The notes: generated by a model from the letters alone, not told the origin. A stretch of 63,699 bases of DNA, filler included, from Olpidium bornovanus S191 (GCA_017911155.1; 27 parts of 27 records of this genome joined end to end with filler, not necessarily neighbours in it), one strand, 5' to 3'. Counted from the first letter of the whole stretch, positions 1 to 11,932 are shown. Program-made: numbers and translations.

Positions 1-1359
1 CATGAACTTGGCACCGTAGCATATGGCGTTAACCGCACTATCCTTGACCACAATCCGCTTGTAGCTCGTCAGAAGGCTTTCCAGCGGCCGGATCACCCGA
101 CGCAAATACGACTCGTCCTTGGTGTTGTCGTAAGTCCATTGCGCGTCGAGAACGTCGTGCATTGTGACGAGATTGTCCTGGACATTGAGACGCGCAAAAA
201 AACCGATGAGCATTTATCGGACGCGGCTCCTGCTTAGCCGAATGGGCCGGAAACGAGCCAAAATTGGAGCATCTGCCTACATTTTCGCTCATTGCCCCGG
301 AGCGGACGCGCCGCAGTTCCTGCATGTGCCCACCGACGCCCAGGAGCAAGCCCAGGTGAACGCACAACGTCCGGATGTACGTTCCGGCCTCGCAGCTGAT
401 CCAAATAACGGCGAGGTGCCGGTCATTGTCAAACTCCAAAAGCTTGGACTCGTAAATGGTTCGGATGCGCAGCTGCCGTTTAACGGCAGAGATGAGTGGC
501 GGACGCTGGAACAGCGCGCCCGTTAACGTTTCGACGGCGTTCTGAAGTTTCCGGTCGGATTCGATAGCGTCGTGCAGCCTGAGGACCGCGACGTACTCCT
601 TTCCTGGCAGAGTGTTTTGGGCCGTCAAGGTATGATTGAGGTGAGCAAAAGTGCAAGCGCCCGAAAAGGACGTACCTGCGCCCTGCTGGGATTTGACAAG
701 GCGGGTCGCACGGTCTATGCAAACGATTAAGCAGCCCGTGACTTTCGGATCCAGCGTCCCGCTGTGGCCCGTCTTCTCTACACGGAGGATTCGCCGCACC
801 CACGCGACGACTTCGTGCGAGGAAGGGTTCGACGGCTTGTCGAGGTTTATAACGCCATACCTGAGGGAACGAGAACGGCGTTTGTTAACTAACATCCCAG
901 AAGCGCCGGCCGCCCGGCGGTTTTCCGGGCCGCAAGCCAACTTCGAACCAGGATTTCGAAGAGGGAGCGCATGTCCAAAGTCCGCACGACACGCGGCCCG
1001 CGCGACCGACGGCAGCTTCCTCGGGGGAGCTCGAACGCGTACCGGATGTACTCCTTCAGCTCGCGTTTTAGCGGCGAACAACCGTGAGGAATTGGTGTGT
1101 AGTGACCGGTGCGGACGTTTAACTTATCGTAGTTCTACAAAAAAAGGGAGCCACGGAGATATCAGCAAGCGGCCGGACGGCGTTTCGCGCACACGAGATC
1201 CCGCGGTTCCTCTTCCCCCACGGCGGGAGGGGGGGGGGACCGCACCTTCAGCAACAGGGGCCAGTCTGCAGTGCTCAGCGCAGGGGTGACAGAGGTGGGC
1301 TTGATGAGGAAATTGCCCTCCTGCTGCTGCTGGCCAACCGACTTCTTGGTTGCCCCCAT
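1..1359 (-). CDS. CBF5: H/ACA snoRNP pseudouridine synthase Cbf5/dyskerin, 5 exons, 3' truncated at window start
   Basis: Manual GT-AG splicing gives MGATKKSVG...DWPLLLK | [31 protein letters not shown] | [20 protein letters not shown]...[12 protein letters not shown] (TruB catalytic motif) ... | [10 protein letters not shown]...[11 protein letters not shown]...ELRRVRSG | [14 protein letters not shown]...[12 protein letters not shown] at 1359. Confidence 0.96.
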
Positions 1360-1746
1360 GGTATCAGCGCCGCGAAGGAGGGGGGGGTCTTCCCTCGACT
1401 GACAGTCGGTCCGCAGCAGAAGTTGGTCAGCGCGGCGGGCGGGGAATAGCCGGGGTCACCCTTCGACCCGTCGAAAAGCCCCAGGTTTTCCCTGGGCCGC
1501 AAGAAAGCCAGCCGCGCAACGGGGGAAACGCAGGACGCCCGGAGAAGAGAAGAGGAAGGAAAAAAAAAACCACCTCCGGCGCGAGCGGCGACGCAGAAGG
1601 GGCGAGCAGACGGACGGGAGCGAGGCGCCGGCAGAAAAGTGCAGGGAAGTAGGCGGGGGGTGGCGGCGGGAGGTGGCGAGGCCGGCGGGTTTTTGCGAGC
1701 GCGGGTGGGGAGGGGAAGCCCTTACCGGCGGCGGCGGCAAGGGGGG

Positions 1747-1846
1747 NNNNNNNNNNNNNNNNNNNNNNNNNNNNNNNNNNNNNNNNNNNNTTAATTAATT
1801 AANNNNNNNNNNNNNNNNNNNNNNNNNNNNNNNNNNNNNNNNNNNN
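1747..1846. other. Artificial contig linker (44 N + TTAATTAATTAA + 44 N), first of 26 identical linkers
   Basis: Identical 100-bp linkers start at 1747, 5013, 8430, 10394, 11833, 14519, 17490, 19023, 20701, 22256, 24277, 25776, 28298, 32698, 34697, 38406, 40102, 43593, 46374, 48204, 50558, 53380, 55013, 58074, 60460 and 61589. The 12-mer places stops in all six frames. Confidence 0.99.
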
Positions 1847-2515
1847 CATGAAAGTACAGACAGGCAACGAATTCAACCACGTAAAATCACCACTCAAAGG
1901 ACCAGGGATTTTCTCACTTGCCACATCGGTTCTTCACCGACTGATCATCGCAGGAGGGGTTGGAAGCTCGAGAGTTTCGCGAAGAGCTAATCTGCTGGTT
2001 AGAGCCTTTCGTCGGATGGCCTCCAGGCTCCTCAACAGACGGAAGCCGCTACTCAGAGCGGGGGGTACAGTGGAATATCAATGCCGTGCTTTGCCGCCGA
2101 CCACGCAACCCGTAGTTTTGAGGACACGAGACTGCCGAGGCGATGTCCAATCTCTTGCCTGTGGCCGGCGGTGAAGTGCCTTAAGCCCGTTCGACGGACA
2201 AGGAATTGTCAAACAATTAAAAAATAAAGCAGAAACAAATCCGAATGGGAACCAGGCTCCACAAAAGCGAAAAATGCATTCCTATTAGACAAAAATGGTC
2301 AGCTAAGCCCGGAAGCGCCCGACGCAGCTGTCAGGCCACTGTGCGAGGTATACATTGTGCTCGAGTGGGTGTCGTATGTGCGTACAGATCTGAACCGCGA
2401 AAGAGGGGCCCGTAAGACAAAGCCCGAGGCTAACTGGGATACACATTACAGATCGGACCGGGTAAAAAAAAAAACCCCCCGCCGTTTGGCCAAAAACCCC
2501 CGAACGGAGGGAGGT

Positions 2516-3778
2516 TCATTTCTTTTTCGCCCGCTTGCAGCTCTCGCCGGCCGACGAGGGTGGCCGCGGCGCGGGCCCGGACGCCTTCCTGTGGCTCTTC
2601 CCGGAGGATTTCGCGGCCGCGCTGTTCGCCGCCTTCTTGCAGGAGACTGGCCTGGCCGCCGCCGTCGGAGCGCCGGGCGCCCGCGGCTCCGCCGGCGGAG
2701 TCGGCGTCGTCGTCGTCGCGCGCGCTTCCGGTTGCGCCGCGCCGCCGGTTTCTCCCTGTCCGAACCCCCCCGCGATGTCGTCGGCCGAGCCGGGGTTCGA
2801 TCGGAGGGGTATCCGTATCACCGGGATCGGCTAAGACCCGAGTGATTTTCCGGAAAGCGTCGTCCGCGCGTTCGCGAACGGGGGCCCAATCGCGCGGTCA
2901 GCAAATTTGCCGAGCAGACGACGGCGCCTCCCTCGGGCCAGCCGAGACCTTTTGCCCGTAATGCACTTTTTGCTACCCTCACCTCCGCTAATCCCGACGA
3001 GGCCCCGGAGAAGAGACGGTCGCCCGGGCCTATCGGTGCAGCGACCCGTGGCCTGTAAGGTTGCTTCTTGTGCCCAAGGATCGGGTCGTCGACGCCGCGG
3101 ACGACGCTCCAGCCGAACGGCGTCTCGAGAAACGGACCCTCTGCGGCATAGACGTTAGATTCGATTGTAGCCTAGAGGTTCGCGGGAGCGAGGGGGGATC
3201 AGCGCTACAGATTTGTTAGGACAAGTTAGGAACCTTCCGGTGACCCCGGGTGAAGGGAGAAGAGGCCACGGTTTTTTTTCTTCTTATATGCCGTGTCCAC
3301 CCGTTGACAACGCAGCCTGACGCCTTCGAGCCAGGCCATACACACAAGCGTCAGATCGATCCTCCGTTTCTCGTCGATCAGAGTTTGCAACGCTAGTCGG
3401 GCGGGCGCAAGTCGCACCCTGTCAGCAGCTTAACACTCCTAGATTTAGGTTTGGTTGACCCGGCTGCTCAACTCGCAAGGGAGCCTAAACGCCTTTCGGG
3501 GTTGGCTGGCTGCTTACCAGCTTCCCCGTCGACGATCCTCTTCAAAAGCACAGGCTCCTGCGGCGGGCCAAACACGGAACGAAAGAGGAGGAGGGACAGC
3601 CAGCGTCAGACTGTGGGTGAACGATCAAAGCCGTTTTCTTTTTCTTTTTTCATCTTTTTCGCGGAACGCGTCGTCCGCACACGCGCCTTACGTAGGCATA
3701 GCTGCACCGGAACCCGTCCAGCTCCTCCCCGTCTGCACGCGGCGTCGAGGGATCCTCATCGGTCACCGCCGGGAGCAT
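2516..3778 (-). CDS. EAF6: Eaf6/MEAF6-like NuA4/NuA3 histone acetyltransferase subunit, multi-exon, 3' end uncertain
   Basis: Not in the ORF track as a unit. Phase-consistent exons 3778-3692, about 3560-3520, 3392-3346, 3171-2983 and about 2830-2516 give ...EPVLLKRIVDGEAALQTLIDEKRRIDLTL|ATIESNVYAAEGPFLETPFGWSVVRGVDD...DRLFSGASS. This matches the recalled Eaf6 pattern LxxLExxIYxxEGxYLExT..GNIIRG.D...xRLFSxSS. Confidence 0.72.
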
Positions 3779-5113
3779 CTGCCAGCTGGGAAAGAAAGCC
3801 CGCTGAACTCCGGGGGGAAGGGCCGATTCCTTGGGAGCACCGGCTTTCTCCAGCGCCCGCACATTCCACATTCCCCACACAAAGACGGCGGGCGCCGTAA
3901 AAGGGTCACGTGATTACAGTGATCAAACCCCAATCAACAACTACTCCAGTCGATCTGCAGAGAGTAAACCACCCCGATTCAGGAAAATCGTAGGCGGGGA
4001 GGACGCCTGATTCTGGAAAGCATTCGGCCCGCCGTTGTTGTTGATGACGCCGCGGTGAATGTTTCAACCGCGCTTTGAGGCACCTGTCAACGAATACGAA
4101 TTATCATGACCCTTCAACGAGGAGCGTCGAAGCATACCACTTTCGTCGCTCGAGCTCGCGCAAGACGACCTGCAAATATCGCGAATTAAGTTTTCGGGCA
4201 TCTCGTTACCATCCCGCTTCAAATCAAAAGTATTCTGTTCACTCAAGGCCATAACCCTTTTCTCTTGAGCGTCAACGGGGACTCGACCAGACGCGTCAGA
4301 TTTTGACCATCTCGAGAAGCGCCCGTTTTTACCTGCGGAATATTCGAGTGCCCTCTTCATCCAAATGGGGCGATTGCAGCAAAGACACCGCAAAGGATTG
4401 GGCCTCCACGAGGCAACTGCCACAGGTCATTGGTATCGACGTATGTGGCTATTACTCTGTAATTCTTTCACTGGCTACTTCTGCGGCAGGCGTTGCTTAG
4501 GGGTGAGGCGATCGCGGCGTCCGGACGTTATTGCCTGAAAACAACGTGGGGGAGTTGGCGTTTGAAAAAGCCTCGTAGTCTCGCTAACGGCGGCTGTTGT
4601 GTTGGCCAACTCATAGAAATTAGACTCGGACTGCACACTCCTATATAGCGCCCTCTAAGCCTCCTCCGCTCGCGCTTCCCTTCCCTTCCTCACCGGTCGC
4701 TCGTAATGCGGGGGAGAAAGCGTAATCAACCCCTTGGCCGATAATAGGCGGTTTTTTTTTCCCGCTGCTCGAGGTATCCGAAAACTGTCGCTCCGCGGTC
4801 ATCGGTTTTCGACGCCCAGGTTTAGCCCAAACCGAAAACGCTCTCCGTCACCGCGTTTCTCGTCGCGATCCGACGATGTGGCCCAGGGGCGTCCGCAGAG
4901 CCCACGTCGGGAAGGGGTCTGCACAGATGTTCGCGCCGCGGGAACGCGGGCTTGGGTGGGGGTGGGGGGGGGGGGGGGGAGGGGGTGGGGTGGGGGGGGG
5001 GGGAAGGGGAGGNNNNNNNNNNNNNNNNNNNNNNNNNNNNNNNNNNNNNNNNNNNNTTAATTAATTAANNNNNNNNNNNNNNNNNNNNNNNNNNNNNNNN
5101 NNNNNNNNNNNNC

Positions 5114-5146
<33 letters not shown>

Positions 5147-5794
5147 AGTCCGGATTTCGCCAGTTGGGAAACACTCCTGGCTTGCTGGTTTTTTTTTACA
5201 GGCCCAGAAACACCGAGAACGCCACGACAACCGCAAACCCAAAGTAGAAAACATTTCGAATCCAACTTTTGTTTCGTCTAAAAACAACTAATGACGCTTT
5301 TTTAATCTCATGTATCGGTAGCATTCTTAAACGCTGGCGGCCCCTAGGAGCCAGAGGGGCCCCCCGGGGATGACGGAGTAGCCCAAATCACCCATACAGC
5401 AGATTGGCGCGCCAGACGAGCTTTTCGACATAACCTTCGGTTAATACGTGCTCAACCTGCATCGCGAACGGTGACCGTATTGCTGAGCTGGGCAATCCTG
5501 AATAGAATGAGGGGCCTTCATCATTTCCGGAGAATACAAACCCATCGACACACATACGGGGCATTTATTTTGGTTTTATGGCGCGCGCTGAGAATTTGCG
5601 CGCGCCTGAAACTGAGAGCACGTTGAGTTTTCCAGGTTGGGTTGGACGACCGCTCTTCCTGGGCCGTTGGTCACGTGACGTAAACCGTTCTGGGCCGAAC
5701 AGGCGGCTGCCACTAAACGGGACGAGCGCCCGCTCCGGTCGACCAAAAAACTATCCCTGACCCGACGACGAGAACGAGCGACAGGGGGCCGACC

Positions 5795-8381
5795 ATGAAG
5801 CAGAAGGGCTTCCGAGTGGGGCAGCAGCAGCAGTCTGCGGCTTCGGGGGGTGAAACTGACGGCCGCGAGGATAGCTCGCCGGCGGCCCGGAAGCAGCTTG
5901 ACGCCGCGGCGGCTCTCGCTGCGCCCGAATCGGCCCCGGCGCTCCGTTCCAGACGGAAGGCAGCTCGCGCGAAACGGAAGGCTGAGGCAATGCTCAAGCT
6001 CAGTGGGGAGCCCGAGGCAGAGATGGAATGGCAGCGCATATCCACCGTCGAACCGCCGCCGCAGCCGACCGTGGCGAAGGTGCCGGTCGAAGAGAAGGGT
6101 GCGAAGAGGAAACGCGGCGCCAACGAGCGCGCCGGTGGCGCGAAACGGCAGAAAGGACATGGACGTCACGACGACGAAGTGGTGGACTTCCACGCCATGG
6201 ATTCCTGGGGGTGGGACCAGATAAACCTGCCCGAGGCTATGCTCATAAGCGACGACTTAGGGGGCATCCTGGAACTTGAAGAGATAGAAGGCATAGACGT
6301 TGCCTACGTTAACGACGAGAACAATGGCCAGACCGTGAAGTTCAAGGTTGTCGGCTTGCGTTTGGAGGCCGGGACGTTACCAGCGTCGCCTGCCGCGGTA
6401 CCTGTGACTGCATGCCCATGCTAACGAACCACTTCTCAATGCAGCGAGTGGGTAAGTTGCCGACTTGCTGCGCTCGCAAGGACAAACCGGAAGGAGGCGA
6501 AGTGAAGGAGGAAGTCGACGAAGGTACGCCACCGGGTCCGGGAGAATTGGCACGTGTGCGTTTTTTGGAGATACTCTGTTTGATGTTGTGTTCTGTTTTC
6601 CGTTCAACCGACTGTAGCAGATTTCGACGTAGACGTTTGCGGCAAAGATAACGGCCAGATTGAGACGTCTAAGGTTCTCGGCTTGCGCTTGGCGGCCAGA
6701 TTTCATCAGCGTCGCCTATCGTGGTGCCAGCGACCACGTGCCCATGGCTAACAAATATCGACCAAAACCTCTCCTCACTCAGCAAGCGAGTAAAGGCAAG
6801 AAGTGCGGCGCTCGCAAGGACAAGCCGGATGAACCTCTCCCAAAGGGCAGGAGAGAAAATCTCTTCACTCAGCAAGCGAGTAAAGGCAAGAAGTGCGGCA
6901 CTCGCAAGGACAAGCCGGATGAACCTCTCCCAAAGGGCAGGAAAGAAAATCGGAAGTCCGACGGGGTGAATGAGAAGGCAATTGACAAGACCTTTGACAG
7001 GAGCAGTGGTGAAGTGGAGGAGGAAGTCGACGAAGGTGCGCTGCTGGACCCAGGGGAATTTTTATGGAAGCAATTGTTCACGAGGTGCACTGGCTGATGT
7101 GGCGTTCTGTTTCCGTGCGACCGACGGTACCAGACTTCGACGTGTCATCCTGGGACGAATTTAAGTTTTCTCCGAAGATTTTACGCGCCATCAAGCGACT
7201 CAAGTTCGGTTCGCCGACAGCCATCCAACGCGCGGCCTTGCCGCCGTCTCTCGCCGGACGTGATGTCGTTGGTGCAGCGGCAACTGGATCCGGGAAGACT
7301 TTTGCCTTTGGCATCCCCATGATACAGCACATGGTGTCCCTCTCCGGACAGCTGGAACGGAGCAGTGACCTGGGAGCCACGGGACTTGTCCTTGCTCCAA
7401 CTCGTGAACTGGCCATGCAGGTGCAGAATCACCTACGGGCCTTGGCGAAAGATGTTGAAGGCGCGAAGGTACATGTTGTGGCGTGCCGGCGTTGTAACTT
7501 GTGGTCGATTATGTGGCGCGCGACGTTCTCCCACAGCTGCGTACTAATTTTCATCTTTTTAGATCGCCGCCATCGTCGGCGGTATGTCTGTGCAGAAGCA
7601 ACACAGAATTCTCCGCAACGAACCAGACATTATTGTCGCGACCCCCGGACGTCTCTGGGAGCTCTGCTCGGAGGTGAGCCGCCCTGGCGACGTTACTGAA
7701 GCCCCGTTGATTGATTATCGTCAAAAATTATATTCGCTATGGAAGCCGTACGTTTTTGACGGAACGTTCTTGGCGTTTTTTTTTCCGTGCACAGAATGAG
7801 GAGTACCTCGCACACATCAGGAAGATCCGCTTCCTCGTCATCGACGAGGCCGACAGGATGCTTGAAGGAGGACACTTCCGCGAACTTACTTACCTTCTTG
7901 ACATGCTTTCCAGAAAGAGGTGCGAATGCTTGGTTTTACTGACGGCGTACTGCTTGCCAGCTGCCGTTTTACCATATCGTCGTGAAACACTAGGCTATTC
8001 ACGTCTGTGGGGGCCGAAGACAAGAGCACTCGGCAGACATTTGTGTTTTCTGCCACGCTTACTCGGGGACTTGAGTTTGGGTCAAAGGACAAAAAGAATA
8101 AGAAAGGCGTGCGGGCGGCGAAGGGGAGCACTGAGGTCAATGACGAAGTTGACTTGGCTGAGGCTACTATGAGTACGAGCTACTTTTCGAAGATTTGGCC
8201 GGCTGATGAATCATGCGCTTTCTGACCAAGCGGTGCGTAACGTTACCGTTTTCCAGGCCAGCTTATGAAACGGATTGAATTCGAGGACGCGAACCCCGTC
8301 CTTGTGGACGTGACGAATTTGTCGAACGGACTTCCAGATAAGCTGAAAGAAGCACTAATTACCTGTTTGAAAGAGGAAAAG
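5795..8381 (+). CDS. MAK5: DEAD-box RNA helicase Mak5/DDX24, 3' truncated
   Basis: N-terminal [10 protein letters not shown]...[11 protein letters not shown] (DDX24-type), Q motif (FGSPTAIQ), [37 protein letters not shown] and TFVFSATL, spread over GT-AG exons. Confidence 0.92.
6771..6950 (+). repeat. 90-bp near-perfect tandem repeat (2 copies) in MAK5, spanning a splice acceptor
   Basis: CTC(C/T)TCACTCAGCAAGCGAGTAAAGGCAAGAAGTGCGGC...GAAAAT starts at 6771 and 6861. It reads as 30-codon units [13 protein letters not shown](A/T)[13 protein letters not shown](R/K)EN. Confidence 0.95.
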
Positions 8382-8769
8382 GTAAGGCATCGCCGGAAAC
8401 TTGCTTCTCGCACGACAGTCCCGATCATGNNNNNNNNNNNNNNNNNNNNNNNNNNNNNNNNNNNNNNNNNNNNTTAATTAATTAANNNNNNNNNNNNNNN
8501 NNNNNNNNNNNNNNNNNNNNNNNNNNNNNCCCCCCCGCCCAAAACCCCCCCCCCCCCCCCCCCCCCCCACTCCCCCCACCCAATATACATGCATTAACTG
8601 ACGGTGTACAAAACCTGCGCACGACCTCGCGCACTTGCCAATCAAGCGCCGCGCCGCGTATCTAAGAACCCGAGGCCGAGTGTTGCTGGCCTCCGGTCAG
8701 CGACCGGTTTTCCGTACTTATCACTGTGCTTTTGAATTAGTAAGGGGAAGGAGGACCGGTCGAGCCACT

Positions 8770-10393
8770 TCAACCCAGTCGCAAACTCAGGGCGTTAGAC
8801 TCCAGTTCAATGAGCTGATGGTGTTTTGAAAAGCAAGTAAGGCGAGAAGTCGCGAGGTGGCCGCAACGGTATCAACGACGCAACGACGGTGCAAGCGTTA
8901 ACCCGATGGAGCCGAGAGTGTCTGCACGCCAGACTTTGGCCGCGCAGGATACCCCTGGAGGGAATAAAGAAAAAAAAATATGCAGAGGTCATACCTCAAG
9001 CGCCTGTTTCACCTCTAAATGAGCTCTAGCGGCCTTGAGCCAGTCGCCGGCTATCAGCTTCGCCCATCCTTTGAGCTGGTTGAGCTCCCGGGTGGCGGCA
9101 TCAAGTTCCTCCTCGCGAAGGTAGAACTCGGTGCGGGCCAGGATGGATTCCACGTCGTCACCTTCAGGAAGGCCGTGCTTGCGGAACATCAGGCTGGACA
9201 GGATGGTGGAGATCGCGTGCGGCACGACCCCGGCAGCGTCCTCCGGCACAAGGGCAACCTTGCGGACCTCTTCGGCGACGACGGTAAACCGGGAAACAAG
9301 GTCAGGTAAGGTATCGACCCCCACGTTGGCGGCCGAAGCGGGTATAGACGCCGCCGCAGTGCAGATGACGGCGTTGCCCTGTGATGAATTGCCCCCTTCG
9401 ACGCCGGCCACCGCTTGCACGGCAGCGAGCTCGCGGGCAAACGGGCGGCGGATGGGTTCAGAGAGGGCGTCGCGTAGCGCCTGAACCGCGGCGCGGAGGC
9501 GGTGTCCGCGCACACTCTCCTCAAGCACGCCGGCGTTGTGATCGGTCAGGCGCTCGAGCGCGACGAGCCGCGTCTCCAGCTGGTCAAGGCGGGCGAGCCG
9601 TCCGCCGCGCTCCCTGTCCACCTGCAGGCGCACTTCGCGGAGCCATCTTCGCTCTAGCGTCAACGCCTGCGTTGCCAGCTCGTCCCGCAGCTTCGCCTCA
9701 AATTTAGAAGCCTGCGAATTCAGCTGCCTCTTCAGCTCTTCGTTGTGGGCAAGGGTGAAATCAGCTTTTTCCAGCGCGAAATCCTCACGGAGATGATTTT
9801 CTGTCTTCCGGACCTTCTCCCGCGTCCTGTCCTCCGCCTCCGCGGCCGCCTGCTGCAGCTGTTTGGAATGTTCCCCCACGATTTTCTGAATAGCGGCGTG
9901 GTGGTCGACTTTTAGCTGAGACAAGTGTGCGTTGAGATTCTTCACATCCTTGGCGGCCGCAATCATAAACTGCTGGGCTTCCTTCTGCGCCTGCTCGCTG
10001 GGCAGCTGACCCAAAATTTTATCGAGCTCGTGTAGGGTCTGGCCAAGATGTCCAATGACCGGGTCTGCGGATTGACTCGAGGCCAGCATAAGCGCCGCAA
10101 CCTCGGGCGTGCCGAGCGCCTTTTCGGCGAGCTTGCTAGCCGCGTGGGCCGCTCCTGCCGCCGCGACTTTCGCGGCATGGGCCGCTTTTGTCGCCGCGTC
10201 CGTCGCGGCCTGGGCCGCTCCTGCCGCCGCGTCCTTCGCCGCATGGGCAGCTTTTGTTGCCGCGTCCTTCGCAGCATGGGCCGCTTCGGCTGCCTCGCTC
10301 TTCGCGGCGCTCGCCTCGTGCTTTGCCGTTACTGCTGCCGTCTTGACGTTCTCGCCAGCCTTTGTGGCGAGAACCTCCGCGCTGTCAACAGCA
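8770..10393 (-). CDS. MIC60: MICOS subunit Mic60/mitofilin, 5' truncated
   Basis: Long coiled coil followed by the mitofilin domain (RPFARELAAV...LVSRFTVVAEEVRKVALVPEDAAGVVPHAISTILSSLMFRKHGLPEGDDVESILARTEFYLREEELDAATRELNQLKGWAKLIAGDWLKAARAHLEVKQALE). The terminal exon 8814-8770 encodes LIELESNALSLRLG*. Confidence 0.92.
10135..10285 (-). repeat. 33-bp coding tandem repeat (11-aa Ala-rich units) in MIC60
   Basis: Translates as AHAAKDAATKA / AHAAKDAAAGA / AQAATDAATKA / AHAAKVAAAGA / AHAASK, in frame with the mitofilin ORF. Confidence 0.9.
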
Positions 10394-10493
10394 NNNNNNN
10401 NNNNNNNNNNNNNNNNNNNNNNNNNNNNNNNNNNNNNTTAATTAATTAANNNNNNNNNNNNNNNNNNNNNNNNNNNNNNNNNNNNNNNNNNNN

Positions 10494-10830
10494 CATGCAT
10501 CAGATTCCGCGTCTGAGTCTGCCTTGCGTTCCGCGCCGGAATCGAATTCTGCGGTCGGGAAATAAGATTCTGCTTCTGAATCTGTGTCCGATTTTGCGTC
10601 TGAATCTGTGCCGAAATCTTCATCAAAAACCCGCGTTGAATACTGCTTTTGAACCTGAATCAGATTCGACATTGGATGTTGGTTCTGAATATGCGTCGGA
10701 CTCCGCATCCGATTTTGATTCGAGATCTCGTTTGCATAGGATTCCGCATCTGGATCTGCATTGGATTATGCTTCTTATTTGGGTTCTGATGCTGCATCTG
10801 GGGTGCAAGGCAGAAGAAGGAATTTGATTA
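10494..10830 (-). repeat. Degenerate 6/12-bp-period repeat reading as an (A/S/D/E)-rich peptide with in-frame stops
   Basis: Minus-strand units resemble GCAGAATCTGAT / GCGGAATCCGAT and read DAASEPK*EA*SNADPDAESY...DSDAKSDTDSEAES...ADSDAESDA. Confidence 0.6.
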
Positions 10831-11932
10831 AAATAGCACGAGAAAAGTCAGAAAATCTTTCGAAGCTATTGTAAGAAGGGTAATTTTGACGCTATCTTTG
10901 AGGGAGCAAAGGTCGCTGAGGTGTACCAAATTGAGTTGAAAGCATTGGTGTACACTGTATTCTATTAAATCGCAGAGAATGCGGTTTCGGCAGATTCTTC
11001 CTGGTTTTTAATCCGACGTGGCCCGGCAGAACAATTTCACTGGGTTATTCCGCCGCGGCTGCCCGCAACAAAAAAAAGAAAAAGGAAAGAAAAAAAGCCC
11101 GTTCGCCGTCGCCGTTTTGGTCACCCGCGCGCTTTCGTCGCGCCGGGGCGGCGTCGGGCAAAAAAAAAACCGGGTCAGTCGCGCCGCGCGGCCCTGGCAA
11201 CCGACGGCGAAAACGAGCGCCCGGGCCCCACCCCGCTACTCGAGGGGCGCGGCGACGACGGCCGGACGCGGCGGCGATTCAACAGCTGCCGCTTCGTCCT
11301 AGTCGCCAAGAAAACGCGGAAGTCGTTCTCGCCGGACGGAGGCGGTCGGACACGCCCGGTTTTCGCTGTGAAACAAAAAAACCGGTTCTTCCTCGGGCGC
11401 GGCCACACCCGGGCTTCCCCCTACGCGCGCAGAGGTCGCGTCTCCCAGCGGCGATTTTGACGGGTCGCGGCGGCCGCCGGCGCGGGCGGTTCGCCGCGGG
11501 GGCGGCGCGGTGGGAGGATTTGGGCCGCCGATCGCGATCGCGGACGGCCCCGCGGTTCCGGCGGGGGCCGAGGAGGGTGCGGTTGGTGGAAGGTGCGCGC
11601 GGCGGGGGACACTCGATAAAACGCCGGAAGTATTAGAGGAGCCGGCCGCCGATTTTCTTTTTTGTTCACGACGAAGTCATCAAAGGTCTTCGCGCTCAAT
11701 GGCGAATTCTGCATGCACCCCGTCGTCCTCCGAATACTCCAACCGGCAGTGTTGACTGGCCTCAATCGTTCGTCGCCAAGCACAGACAAAACACCGTGAT
11801 GCCGGCCCGTTCTCCTTGTCGACTGCATTCCGNNNNNNNNNNNNNNNNNNNNNNNNNNNNNNNNNNNNNNNNNNNNTTAATTAATTAANNNNNNNNNNNN
11901 NNNNNNNNNNNNNNNNNNNNNNNNNNNNNNNN

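Noticed and set aside
1791-1802. TTAATTAATTAA recurring 26 times as a possible biological repeat
   Set aside because: It is always centred in an identical N-padded 100-bp spacer, i.e. a six-frame-stop assembly linker.
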